In this document: positions 48,791 to 56,837 of the stretch, one piece after another
Layout of the letters: each line of letters starts with the position of its first letter
How positions within the stretch are numbered: the first letter of the stretch is position 1
From: Actinomycetota bacterium
Lineage (GTDB): Bacteria; Actinomycetota; Actinomycetes; Actinomycetales; Microbacteriaceae
Assembly: GCA_013297645.1 (NCBI GenBank)
Contig: JAAFHU010000001.1
Location: 6,990-63,826 of the forward strand
DNA: 56,837 nt
Direction: 5' to 3'
The notes under the pieces: generated by a model
Databases searched by the model: none
What the model saw: only the letters and a program-made list of their open reading frames with translations
What the model was told of the DNA's origin: nothing
Made by a program: the position numbers and the translations under genes

Positions 48791-51154
48791 CTAGAGCTTC
48801 TCGATCGGAGCGATCTTGATGAGGAGGCGCTTGCGCCCCGCCGTGTCGAACTGCACCTCGGCGACGCGCTTGGCACCCTCGCCGGTCACGGCGGCAACCC
48901 GGCCTTCGCCGAAGTCGGTGTGGCGGATGCGGTCGCCGACCGCGAGCGTCAGGTCGCCGTTGTCGCGCACCGCTCCGGTGATCGCACTCTTCCACTCCGT
49001 CTTGACCCGGGGCGCGGGGGCGAGCTCGAAGCTCTCGAAGCCGACGGTGCGGCCGTCACGGCGGGCGTTGATCGCACGGGGGAAGCCGCCGCTGAAGTTG
49101 TTGCCCGGAGACTGCCGCCAGTCGATGAGGTCAGGCGGGATCTCCTGCAGGAAGCGGCTCGGCATCGACACGTTGATGTCGCCGAAGGTCGCCCGCGAGG
49201 TCGCGAGCGAGACGTAGAGGCGCTCCCGCGCGCGGGTGATGCCGACATAGAACAGCCGGCGCTCCTCGGCGAGGCCGCCTGGCTCGTTCGCCGACATCTG
49301 ATGCGGCAGCAGGCCCTCCTCGATCCCGGTGAGGAAGACCGTGTTGTACTCGAGGCCCTTCGCGGTATGCAGGGTCATGATCGAGACGGAACCAGCCTCG
49401 TCGTCGATCTCGTCGGCGGCGGCGAAGAGCGCGACCGAGGTGAGGAAGTCGATGAGGGTACCGTCGGGGGTTGCGACCCGAAACTCCTTCGTCTGGCCGA
49501 CGAGCTCTTCGAGGTTCTCGGCGCGCACGGCATCCTGGGCGTCGCCGCTGTTCTTCAGCGAGGCGAACAGGCCACTGTCCTGCAGCACCTTGGTGAGGAC
49601 GTCTGCCGGGGATGCCGTCGCCGCCAACGCCGAGGCGTCATTGAGCAGGGTGCCGAGCTCCACAATCGCACCCGTGACTTTCGGGCCGAGGCCGATCTCG
49701 CCGGCGTCGAGCAGCGCGTCGCGCAGCGGCATGCCGGTGCGCAGGGCGTAGGCCTGCAGTGCCGCCTCGGTGGCGGGGCCGATGCCGCGCTTCGGCACGT
49801 TCATGATGCGCCGCAGGGCCAGGTCGTCGTCCGGGTTGGCGATCTGGGTGAGATAGGCCATCGCGTCTTTGATCTCGGCGCGCTCGTAGAACTTGGTGCC
49901 GCCGGGGATGCGGTACGGGATCGCCGAGCGGATGAAGATCTCTTCGAGCGGCCTGGTCTGCGCGTTCGTGCGCACGAAGACCGCGACGTCGCGGTAGTTC
50001 ACGCCCTTGCCGCGCAGCGCCTCGACCTCGTCGGCGACGAACTGCGCCTCGTCGTGCCCCGAGTACCCGGTGTAGCCGACGACCTTCTCCCCACTGCCCA
50101 CCGTCGTGAACAGGTTCTTGGCCTTGCGGTCGAAGTTGTTGGAGATGACGGCGTTGGCCGCGTCGAGGATGTTCTGGGTCGAGCGGTAGTTCTGCTCGAG
50201 CAGCACGACCCGGGTGTTCGGGTAGTCGCGCTCGAACTCGACGATGTTGCGGATGTCGGCGCCGCGAAACGCGTAGATCGACTGGTCGCTGTCGCCGACC
50301 ACGGTCAGGGAGGCGGCCGGGATGCCGCCCGTCGCATCCAGTCGCATGCGCGTGTCGGGCGGCACGTGCTGCGGCTTCACCGGCCGAACGAGCTCGCGGA
50401 TGAGGGCGTACTGCGCGTGGTTCGTGTCCTGGTACTCGTCGACGAGCACGTGGCGGAACCGGCGCTGGTAGAGCGCGGCGACCTCGGGGAAGGCGCGGAA
50501 GAGGTAGACGGTCTCGCCGATGATGTCGTCGAAGTCGAGGGCGTTCGCCCGGCGCAGTGCCGCGGAGTACTGCCGGAAGATCTCGACGAAGCCGGCCTCT
50601 TTCGGGTCGTTCATGTTCGCCGACCGGGCGAAGGTCTCGAGGTCGGTCAGCTCGTTCTTCAGCTTCGAGATGCGGCTCGAGACGCCGCCGGCGGTGAAGC
50701 CGTTGACGTCGGCATCCAGCTCTTTGATGATGCGCTTGAGCAGGGCGCGCTGGTCGCTGGAATCGTAGATGGTGAAGCTCTGCTTCATGCCGAAGACCTC
50801 GGCCTGGCGGCGCAGGATGCGCACGCAGGCCGAGTGGAAGGTCGAGATCCACATGCCCTCGGCCTCGGGCCCGACGATCTGCTTCACCCGCTCGCGCATC
50901 TCGGCAGCGGCCTTGTTGGTGAAGGTGATCGCGAGGATCTGACTCGGCCACGCCTCGCGGCTCTGCAGCAGCCCGGCGATGCGGCGGGTGAGCACGCTCG
51001 TCTTGCCGGATCCGGCGCCGGCGACGATGAGCAGGCTCGGGCCGCGGTACTCGACGGCCTCGCGCTGTGCCGGGTTGAGACCCTCGAGCAGGGCCTCGTC
51101 GACGGGACTGCCCTGGGTGGGCTCGGGGGAGTCGAAGTCGTCAAGCCAGGTCAT
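48791..51154 (-). CDS. pcrA: ATP-dependent DNA helicase PcrA/UvrD1
   Basis: AGAGSGKT, TFTNKAA, VDEYQD, GDSDQSIY, QNYRS, HTAKGLE, EERRLFYVGITRA, C-terminal Tudor-like domain. Confidence 0.95.
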   Translation of the reverse strand: MTWLDDFDSPEPTQGSPVDEALLEGLNPAQREAVEYRGPSLLIVAGAGSGKTSVLTRRIAGLLQSREAWPSQILAITFTNKAAAEMRERVKQIVGPEAEGMWISTFHSACVRILRRQAEVFGMKQSFTIYDSSDQRALLKRIIKELDADVNGFTAGGVSSRISKLKNELTDLETFARSANMNDPKEAGFVEIFRQYSAALRRANALDFDDIIGETVYLFRAFPEVAALYQRRFRHVLVDEYQDTNHAQYALIRELVRPVKPQHVPPDTRMRLDATGGIPAASLTVVGDSDQSIYAFRGADIRNIVEFERDYPNTRVVLLEQNYRSTQNILDAANAVISNNFDRKAKNLFTTVGSGEKVVGYTGYSGHDEAQFVADEVEALRGKGVNYRDVAVFVRTNAQTRPLEEIFIRSAIPYRIPGGTKFYERAEIKDAMAYLTQIANPDDDLALRRIMNVPKRGIGPATEAALQAYALRTGMPLRDALLDAGEIGLGPKVTGAIVELGTLLNDASALAATASPADVLTKVLQDSGLFASLKNSGDAQDAVRAENLEELVGQTKEFRVATPDGTLIDFLTSVALFAAADEIDDEAGSVSIMTLHTAKGLEYNTVFLTGIEEGLLPHQMSANEPGGLAEERRLFYVGITRARERLYVSLATSRATFGDINVSMPSRFLQEIPPDLIDWRQSPGNNFSGGFPRAINARRDGRTVGFESFELAPAPRVKTEWKSAITGAVRDNGDLTLAVGDRIRHTDFGEGRVAAVTGEGAKRVAEVQFDTAGRKRLLIKIAPIEKL

Positions 51155-51166
51155 GTCGGCCCAATT

Positions 51167-52168
51167 CTACTTTCGACCGGTGACCTGCGCTTGTCGGTGC
51201 GAGAGGGCCGTGACCACCAGGTCGGGCTGGTCGGCGAAGACGCCGTCGATACCGGTGGCGAGGATGGCGCCGAACTCCCCCATCCAGTTGCCGAAGGCGC
51301 TCGGCGGCCCGCCGACCCGGAAGGCCTTGGCGAGAAACTTGTTCTCGGCGCGGAGCGTCCAGGTGAAGGCGAGCAGCCCGGCGTCGTGGGCCCTCGCGAC
51401 AAAGTCGGTCACGCTCCCGGTGGGAAGAACAATCAGCCGCTTGTCGACGCTCACGCCGTCGACCTCGGTCGCGAGGCGCGCCAGCCCCGCCTCGGTGAGG
51501 TGGTTCGCGTAGCTGCGCGCGGTCGGGCCGTAGGCGGCGACGAGGTCGGCGGGCGCCCCCGCGCGGTCGGCGAGGAAGACGTAGCGGGCCGGGATTCCGC
51601 GAGCGCGGATCTTGGCGAGCACCTTCTGCTCGAAGGACTCGACCACCAGCTTCTCTGGCGACGCCCAGTCCCGGATCTCGGCAGCGAACAGCTCGTCGAG
51701 CGGCAGCCCGATCGACTCGAAGTAGGAGCCGTGCTTGATCTCGGCGATCATCAGCAGCTGGCGTCCCTGCCGGGCGGATGCCGCATCCACGATCTCGACG
51801 AGGTCGCGCAGCCGCAGAATGCCCTGCTGCCCGTTGAAGCTCGTCGAGGGCTGGCGCAGCGCCGGGAGCCGCTCGACCACGCAGAGGGTGGCCAGCTCGT
51901 CCCAGGTGAAGTCCTCGGTGAACCAGCCGGTCAGCGCGACGCCGTCGATGGTCTTGGTGGTCTTGCGCGCGGCGAACTCGGGGTGCTGGGCGACATCCGT
52001 CGTGCCCGAGATCTCGTTCTCGTGGCGCAGAACAAGCACCCCGTCACGCGTTGCCACGATGTCGGGCTCGACCGCGTCGGCGCCCAGCGCGAAGGCCAGC
52101 TCGTAGGCCGCACGGCTGTGCTCGGGGCGGTATCCGCTCGCGCCGCGGTGGCCGATGATGAGGGTCAC
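51167..52168 (-). CDS. Glycerophosphodiester phosphodiesterase
   Basis: IGHRGASGYRPEH, EPDIV, RHE, EIKH, FTWT, DGVFADQP. Confidence 0.92.
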   Translation of the reverse strand: MTLIIGHRGASGYRPEHSRAAYELAFALGADAVEPDIVATRDGVLVLRHENEISGTTDVAQHPEFAARKTTKTIDGVALTGWFTEDFTWDELATLCVVERLPALRQPSTSFNGQQGILRLRDLVEIVDAASARQGRQLLMIAEIKHGSYFESIGLPLDELFAAEIRDWASPEKLVVESFEQKVLAKIRARGIPARYVFLADRAGAPADLVAAYGPTARSYANHLTEAGLARLATEVDGVSVDKRLIVLPTGSVTDFVARAHDAGLLAFTWTLRAENKFLAKAFRVGGPPSAFGNWMGEFGAILATGIDGVFADQPDLVVTALSHRQAQVTGRK

Positions 52169-52199
52169 GCCCCAACGCTACGCGAATAGCATGGGGAGC

Positions 52200-52403
52200 A
52201 TGACGAGCTGCTGGGCCTGCGAGACCGAGCTGCGCCCCGAGTGGAAGTTCTGCGTGCACTGCGGCGTGCCCGTCGAGACGGAGGCGGCAGCCACCCCCCG
52301 GGTGCGCGCCGCGTCTCCGCTCGCGCTCTTCGGCTGGATCTTCGCCGGCATCGGCCTGGCGCTCGCAATCGCCCTCGTCGTGATCTTCCTGGCCTCCCAG
52401 TGA
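52200..52403 (+). CDS. Small zinc-ribbon membrane protein
   Basis: CWAC...FCVHCG plus a C-terminal TM helix; GGGGAG RBS. Confidence 0.7.
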   Translation: MTSCWACETELRPEWKFCVHCGVPVETEAAATPRVRAASPLALFGWIFAGIGLALAIALVVIFLASQ

Positions 52404-52906
52404 CCTTCGTCGAGCCGACCCGATCACTGCCGCTGCGCTGGGGCACCTACCGCCTGCGCTATGCCAGCGGACTCGCGCTCATCGTCTCTGGCGCGATCGC
52501 CATCCAGGGCGGCAGCGCCTATGTCGGCTTCCCCCTGGCGATGGGCATCCTCGCGCACGTCGTCGGATGGTGGGTGATGCCGGCCGCGGGCTGGCGGCGC
52601 ATCTGGGTCGTGCTGCCGAGCCTGCTCAGCGTGATCATCCTGCTCATCGGGCCTGCCGTGGTCGGAATCCTCGCGGTGCCCGTCGCCTGCTGGCTGCTGG
52701 TGCGCCACCGGCCGGCTATCACCCTGCTGTTCGCCGCTCCGGTGCTCGTCATCGGCCTTCTGCTGCGCGGCGTCTACGCCGAGTACGGCGGCATGCTCGA
52801 GGCCCTGGCCGTCATGGGCGTGCTCATCGCCGGCTGCGTCTGGGCCGCCCGACTCGTGGCTGCGTCACGGCTTTTCCACAGGCAGCCCGGGGGTACACCC
52901 GCATAA
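52400..52906 (+). CDS. Hypothetical membrane protein
   Basis: GTGA overlap; 168 aa with several hydrophobic segments. Confidence 0.7.
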   Translation: MTFVEPTRSLPLRWGTYRLRYASGLALIVSGAIAIQGGSAYVGFPLAMGILAHVVGWWVMPAAGWRRIWVVLPSLLSVIILLIGPAVVGILAVPVACWLLVRHRPAITLLFAAPVLVIGLLLRGVYAEYGGMLEALAVMGVLIAGCVWAARLVAASRLFHRQPGGTPA

Positions 52907-52952
52907 AATGGGGGATGTTGGCATACCGCCAACCATAAGGAGAGAACCACGA

Positions 52953-53744
52953 ATGGCCCTGTCCAATCCCGCATTCAACACCCCGGCGTTCACGCAGGTC
53001 GCAGCTGCGCGCACCGCACCCTCGTCGACCGAGCTCGACGAGCTCTACAACCGCCCCGCGGCCACCCCAGCCGAGACCGAGCGGATGAGCTATGACGACG
53101 TCATCGTCAAGACACTCATCATGTTCGTCTTCATTCTCGTCGGTGGCGTTGTCGGTGCCTTCAACCCCGCGCTGGCGCTGCCCGCCGCTCTCATCGGCTT
53201 CGTGCTCGCGCTCGTCAACATCTTCAAGAAGAAGCCGTCGCCGGCGCTGATCATCGCCTACTCGCTCGTCGAGGGCGTGTTACTCGGTGGCATCTCGTTC
53301 ACGCTCGAGAACGTCCGCGGCCTCGAGGGCATTGTCCTCCAGGCGGTCGCTGGCACTTTCATCGTGTTCGGTGTCACGCTCGCGCTCTTCGCCAACGGCA
53401 AGGTGCGCGCATCGAAGCGCGCCACCAAGATCTTCATGATCGCCGGCATCTCGTACGCGCTGTTCTCGCTGCTCAACCTCGGCCTGCAGCTGACCGGCGT
53501 CAACCAGGACCCGTGGGGCCTCTACAGCTCCTCGATCGCCGGCATCCCGCTCGGCCTCATCATCGGGCCGCTCGCCATCCTCATGGCGGCCTACTCGCTC
53601 GTGCTCGACTTCACCTCGGTGAAGAACGGCGTCGAGCAGGGCGCCCCGCGCAGCCTCGGCTGGAAGGCCGCCTTCGGCCTCGTGCTGACGATCGTCTGGC
53701 TCTACATCGAGTTCCTGCGGCTGATCGCGATCTTCCGCAACTAG
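52953..53744 (+). CDS. Bax inhibitor-1/YccA-family membrane protein
   Basis: SNPAF, MSYDDVIVKT, LVLDF, WKAAFGL..TIVWLYIEFLRL. Confidence 0.9.
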   Translation: MALSNPAFNTPAFTQVAAARTAPSSTELDELYNRPAATPAETERMSYDDVIVKTLIMFVFILVGGVVGAFNPALALPAALIGFVLALVNIFKKKPSPALIIAYSLVEGVLLGGISFTLENVRGLEGIVLQAVAGTFIVFGVTLALFANGKVRASKRATKIFMIAGISYALFSLLNLGLQLTGVNQDPWGLYSSSIAGIPLGLIIGPLAILMAAYSLVLDFTSVKNGVEQGAPRSLGWKAAFGLVLTIVWLYIEFLRLIAIFRN

Positions 53745-53755
53745 CTCGCGTAGAG

Positions 53756-53788
53756 AGGGGCTCGGCTTCGGCCGGGCCCCTTATTTCT
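53756..53788 (+). terminator. Intrinsic terminator
   Basis: AGGGGCTCGGC-TTCG-GCCGGGCCCCT followed by TATTTCT. Confidence 0.8.
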
Positions 53789-54111
53789 GTTTCCAGGCGT
53801 CGAGCGTGATGACGAGGTAGGCGAGCCCCGACTGCAGAACAGTAAAGGGATCAACCTCGAAGGCAGCCGCGATTCCTTTCAGAAACAGACTCGAACAGTC
53901 ACTCCTAGGGCAATTGTGAATACTCCGACCCCGATGCATGCAATGCGCAGGCCGAGCTCACCGCCGCCCCAGTGAATCAGCCGTTGCCGTCATTTGTCTC
54001 CCGGAACTGCGCCCAGCCTGGCCCAGCCCGGTAAAGCAGGAACAGGCCGATGACACCAGTGAAAACAACCACCACCCAGATCCCAATCGAGCTGGCAACT
54101 TCGTCGCTCAC
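53781..54111 (-). pseudogene. Frameshifted membrane-protein remnant (orphan immunity-like)
   Basis: AAGGGAG RBS and GTG, MSDEVASSIGIWVVVVFTGVIGLFLLYR... then a stop; a hydrophobic reading continues in another frame to TAA at 53781. Confidence 0.4.
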
Positions 54112-54171
54112 GACTCACTCCCTTTGCCCAGTCGGGGATGCCCACATCCCAAGCCCACGCTGGCCGTAGCA

Positions 54172-54363
54172 CTACGGTCGAAATGCCTTGGTCCACAGGG
54201 CGTCGGAATACGTGCTCAGAGGAATGAAGATAGCGCCCCACGATGCGGCGGCGGCCTGAGCCTCGTCGAAACGCACCTGCTCTTGCGCCGAAATCATCGC
54301 GCGAGGCCATCGCGGCTTGACCCGCAGGATGATGGTGTCAGTATCTGCTTCACCGGCGATGTA
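54172..54363 (-). pseudogene. Fragment paralogous to the immunity-like gene at 54460-54966
   Basis: VKPRWPR...GAIFIPLSTYSDALWTKAF versus VSPRWPR...GVQFLPQSAYSDALWEMAF; in-frame stop upstream. Confidence 0.7.
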
Positions 54364-54459
54364 CTAATCAACATGACGTCGCTTGCCCGCCAATTAGAGG
54401 CCCTTGGCCCAACGTGCCAACTCTGGGCCCAGAGCACGAGTCGCCGAAGTGATCGCAAT

Positions 54460-54966
54460 TCACCTCGTAAAGGCCATTTCCCACAACGCATCGGAGTAGG
54501 CGCTCTGAGGAAGGAATTGAACGCCATCGTCGCGCGCTTTCGCGAGAGTTTCGGAAGTGGAAAGCCCGTCAATAATCGAACGAGTACGCCGCGGCCATCT
54601 GGGGCTTACAGTTATCAGCCCTGTCGCCGAGGACTTCGAGTCTCGCATAATGGCAACGTATGCAGCAATCTTCCCGTTCTGCCCTAGAACCACACCCACA
54701 AGCGGGCGGTCTTCAAGTATCGAGCTTGGCCGAACCGCACCGAATCGGGCTCGACGAATAGTTTCGCTCACCGTCGGAGCAGTGCTGGTGCGCGTCAACC
54801 TGACGTAGCGATGAATGGCCACGGCGATCAGCGGCGTCGCAGCGACCAAAAGCGGCACCACGGGGACGTAACCGTAGATTGCAAAGCCTCCAACAGCGCA
54901 AACGACCAAGGCGAGTATTGCCTTGATGGCGAATCCGCTGTCCCACGTGAACTTTAGCCAGCTCAT
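54460..54966 (-). CDS. Putative immunity protein 2 (two N-terminal TM helices)
   Basis: TGATG overlap with the RHS C-terminal module; lower GC. Confidence 0.65.
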   Translation of the reverse strand: MSWLKFTWDSGFAIKAILALVVCAVGGFAIYGYVPVVPLLVAATPLIAVAIHRYVRLTRTSTAPTVSETIRRARFGAVRPSSILEDRPLVGVVLGQNGKIAAYVAIMRDSKSSATGLITVSPRWPRRTRSIIDGLSTSETLAKARDDGVQFLPQSAYSDALWEMAFTR

Positions 54967-55700
54967 CAGCACAACTTGTACTTACGGCACGCGTTGATGG
55001 TTGAGGTAAATCCAGTCCACGTGGAATAGACCGTTATAGCGGCATCGGGTATGGACCACCCTCTGGTGAACGATCGGAGGCGCAGGAAGTTGTTGTACTT
55101 GATCCCCGTTGCGGCCGCCGCTTTGATTGCGGGAGGCACCGCCCGTGCGGCATTGGCAGCAAGCTGCGCGGCGCGGGCCGCCCCAACGACAAGGCGAGCA
55201 CCAGCACCCACCGCGCCGAGGGCACCGAAGCCGATTTCTACCGCGCCACCCAAAGTATCTCCTTGGTGCATCTTCACGGTGCCGTGGATAACGCTGATTG
55301 CGACCGAGGCGCCCAGACACACGGCGCAACCGAACAGCCCCGCTACGCCCAACCCAAAAGCCGCGACGTCTGCCACCGTATCCCAATCAACGCTGCGAAC
55401 CGCATTTCCCACGGCGTTGACCGCACCGTTGACCAAATTACCGATGAATGCCCAACCCGAATCGAACTTGCCCGTCAGGTCGAGCTTGTTGATCGGGTCG
55501 GCCGGGTAGTCGTACGCGTTGCTCACCCCGCCCTCGACCGGGTCGACCTCGAGGAACCGGCCCAGCGCCGCGACGTACTGCCGCGCCCCCATCTCCACGG
55601 TCGCGATCGAGCCGCCGTGCTCGTAGAGCTTGCCGTGCCCGCCCACGAACGCGTAGTCGGCATCCCCGGGGGTGGTGTCCTGCACAGCGTTGTCGGCATC
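54966..55700 (-). CDS. Orphan RHS core fragment plus variable C-terminal domain 2
   Basis: [37 protein letters not shown] core end followed by a Gly/Ala-rich hydrophobic domain; begins right after the previous stop, no RBS. Confidence 0.85.
   Translation of the reverse strand, partial: DADNAVQDTTPGDADYAFVGGHGKLYEHGGSIATVEMGARQYVAALGRFLEVDPVEGGVSNAYDYPADPINKLDLTGKFDSGWAFIGNLVNGAVNAVGNAVRSVDWDTVADVAAFGLGVAGLFGCAVCLGASVAISVIHGTVKMHQGDTLGGAVEIGFGALGAVGAGARLVVGAARAAQLAANAARAVPPAIKAAAATGIKYNNFLRLRSFTRGWSIPDAAITVYSTWTGFTSTINACRKYKLC
55489..55689. repeat. 201-nt direct repeat (RHS core end), copy 2
   Basis: 9 mismatches to 56637-56837. Confidence 0.95.
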
Positions 55701-56117
55701 CTACGACCCTTGCCTGTCTTGACCCCAATTCTTCAGGAGCCACCAAGCCGCGGGGATTGCGATCGCGAAAAGCCACCACCAACCAAGGTCGAGTAGTGCC
55801 CCGCATGTGAACAGCCAAGCAGGCGCCGTTCCCAAGGCCGCGAGCAAATACGACGAAAGGATTCGCCCCAACTTACGTCCGTCCCTCAAGTATCGAACTG
55901 CGAACCCAGCGAGGGCGACACCAGTCCCAATACCGAGTCCGATCAGGGCCCCGAGCAACCCAACAAAACCCGCTGTCGACCCCCAGTATTCCCTGACGCC
56001 TCCGGAACCAAAGAGGAACATCGGGATTGCAATAAGCAGCTCAGCCGCCAGGATTCCGCCAAGTCCACCGCCGCTCGTCGTCAAAAGGAAGAACTTCACC
56101 GATCGACGCGCTCTCAC
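55701..56117 (-). CDS. Putative immunity protein 1 (polytopic membrane protein)
   Basis: GTGA overlap with the RHS module stop; 3-4 TM segments; lower GC. Confidence 0.7.
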   Translation of the reverse strand: MRARRSVKFFLLTTSGGGLGGILAAELLIAIPMFLFGSGGVREYWGSTAGFVGLLGALIGLGIGTGVALAGFAVRYLRDGRKLGRILSSYLLAALGTAPAWLFTCGALLDLGWWWLFAIAIPAAWWLLKNWGQDRQGS

Positions 56118-56837
56118 GAGTTGGCTACCATCGCGCAGTCCGTTCCCAGCGCCTCAGCAAGGTTGCAGGCCTGATGGGACCACTGACTCTCTGTGAGGAG
56201 CACATCATGGGCGAAATTTCCTAGGAGGGTCGTGTCGTACGCCACGCCATGTTGTCGGAGGTACAGCACCCCATCCTTCTCAAATGTCGAAAACGTGATT
56301 GTCGAACCCTTCCCTTGGAAATAGCCCGTCGTCAACACGGTGAACATCATGCTTCGTGCAGTCGTGTTGACTCTCACCGTCGACTTAGTCTCCGGGAGAT
56401 CAAACGGCGGTACCACGTTGAGGTTGCATTTCGCTCCGTCGGAGAGCCTAGGACAACCGCTAACAGAAAACGGAAAGATCGTCTTCGCCTTACTCAAGAA
56501 GACATTCATGGCGTTCGTAGCGCTGCCAACTTTAGAAGTCTTGCCAATTGCCCAGGTCATTGTGTAAGTGCTTATTGTCTTGCAACCGCAGCCGGAGCTC
56601 ACCGGGTCTCGCGACATCCCGCTGAGGTCGAACTCATTGATCGGGTCGGCCGGGTAGTCGTACGCGTTGCTCACCCCGCCCTCGACCGGATCCACCTCCA
56701 GGAACCTGCCCAGCGCGGCCACATACTGCCGCGCCCCCATCTCGATGGTCGCGATCGAGCCGCCGTGCTCGTAGAGCTTGCCGTGCCCGCCCACGAACGC
56801 GTAGTCGGCATCCCCGGGGGTGGTGTCCTGCACAGCG
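56114..56837 (-). CDS. RHS core end plus variable C-terminal domain 1 (cut by the window edge)
   Basis: Same core ending [10 protein letters not shown], followed by an unrelated domain with six Cys. Confidence 0.85.
   Translation of the reverse strand, partial: AVQDTTPGDADYAFVGGHGKLYEHGGSIATIEMGARQYVAALGRFLEVDPVEGGVSNAYDYPADPINEFDLSGMSRDPVSSGCGCKTISTYTMTWAIGKTSKVGSATNAMNVFLSKAKTIFPFSVSGCPRLSDGAKCNLNVVPPFDLPETKSTVRVNTTARSMMFTVLTTGYFQGKGSTITFSTFEKDGVLYLRQHGVAYDTTLLGNFAHDVLLTESQWSHQACNLAEALGTDCAMVANS
56637..56837. repeat. 201-nt direct repeat (RHS core end), copy 1
   Basis: Matches 55489-55689; runs to the end of the window. Confidence 0.95.

Noticed and set aside
48920-52189. 1089-aa plus-strand ORF and other long antisense ORFs (e.g. 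32505-34712, 41029-42948)
   Set aside because: Stop-poor antisense frames of well-supported genes; no recognisable motifs.
53938-54687. 249-aa plus-strand ORF in the low-GC region
   Set aside because: No motif or RBS; minus-strand immunity-like sequences explain the region.
55489-56837. Diversity-generating retroelement template/variable repeat pair
   Set aside because: Mismatches are mostly synonymous G/C changes rather than adenine-specific, and no reverse transcriptase is present in the window.
1-56837. CRISPR array, tRNA, rRNA, prophage or integrase
   Set aside because: I saw no regularly spaced repeats, cloverleaf or rRNA sequence, or phage/integrase genes by eye.

Overview
High-GC (about 70%) actinobacterial chromosome segment; gene content, order and regulatory motifs fit Microbacteriaceae (inference). 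Core genes: ZTP-riboswitch-controlled glyA-folD, purU, purN-purH, icd, sucC-sucD, pcrA/uvrD, hsp20 with an HspR (HAIR) site and a LexA-boxed imuA'-imuB-dnaE2 cassette. Also present: a GlcNAc/chito-oligosaccharide cluster (GH20, nagA, nagB, ROK kinase, ABC importer, ROK repressor), a flavinylation operon (FMN-binding lipoprotein, ApbE, RnfD-like/FNR fusion), a heterodimeric ABC exporter with a leader peptide, and an RHS orphan toxin/immunity array at the right end. The most unusual signals are non-coding. (1) A 78-nt structured element occurs twice (969-1046 and 29191-29268), with compensatory base changes in two hairpins; one copy replaces the middle of a ybaK-like gene. (2) A DUF559/AbiEi-type nuclease gene is bracketed by two ~88-nt inverted-repeat doublets whose outer arms form a perfect 19-bp terminal inverted repeat, a REPIN/RAYT-like layout with no transposase. 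All protein family calls come from motif recognition, not database searches.
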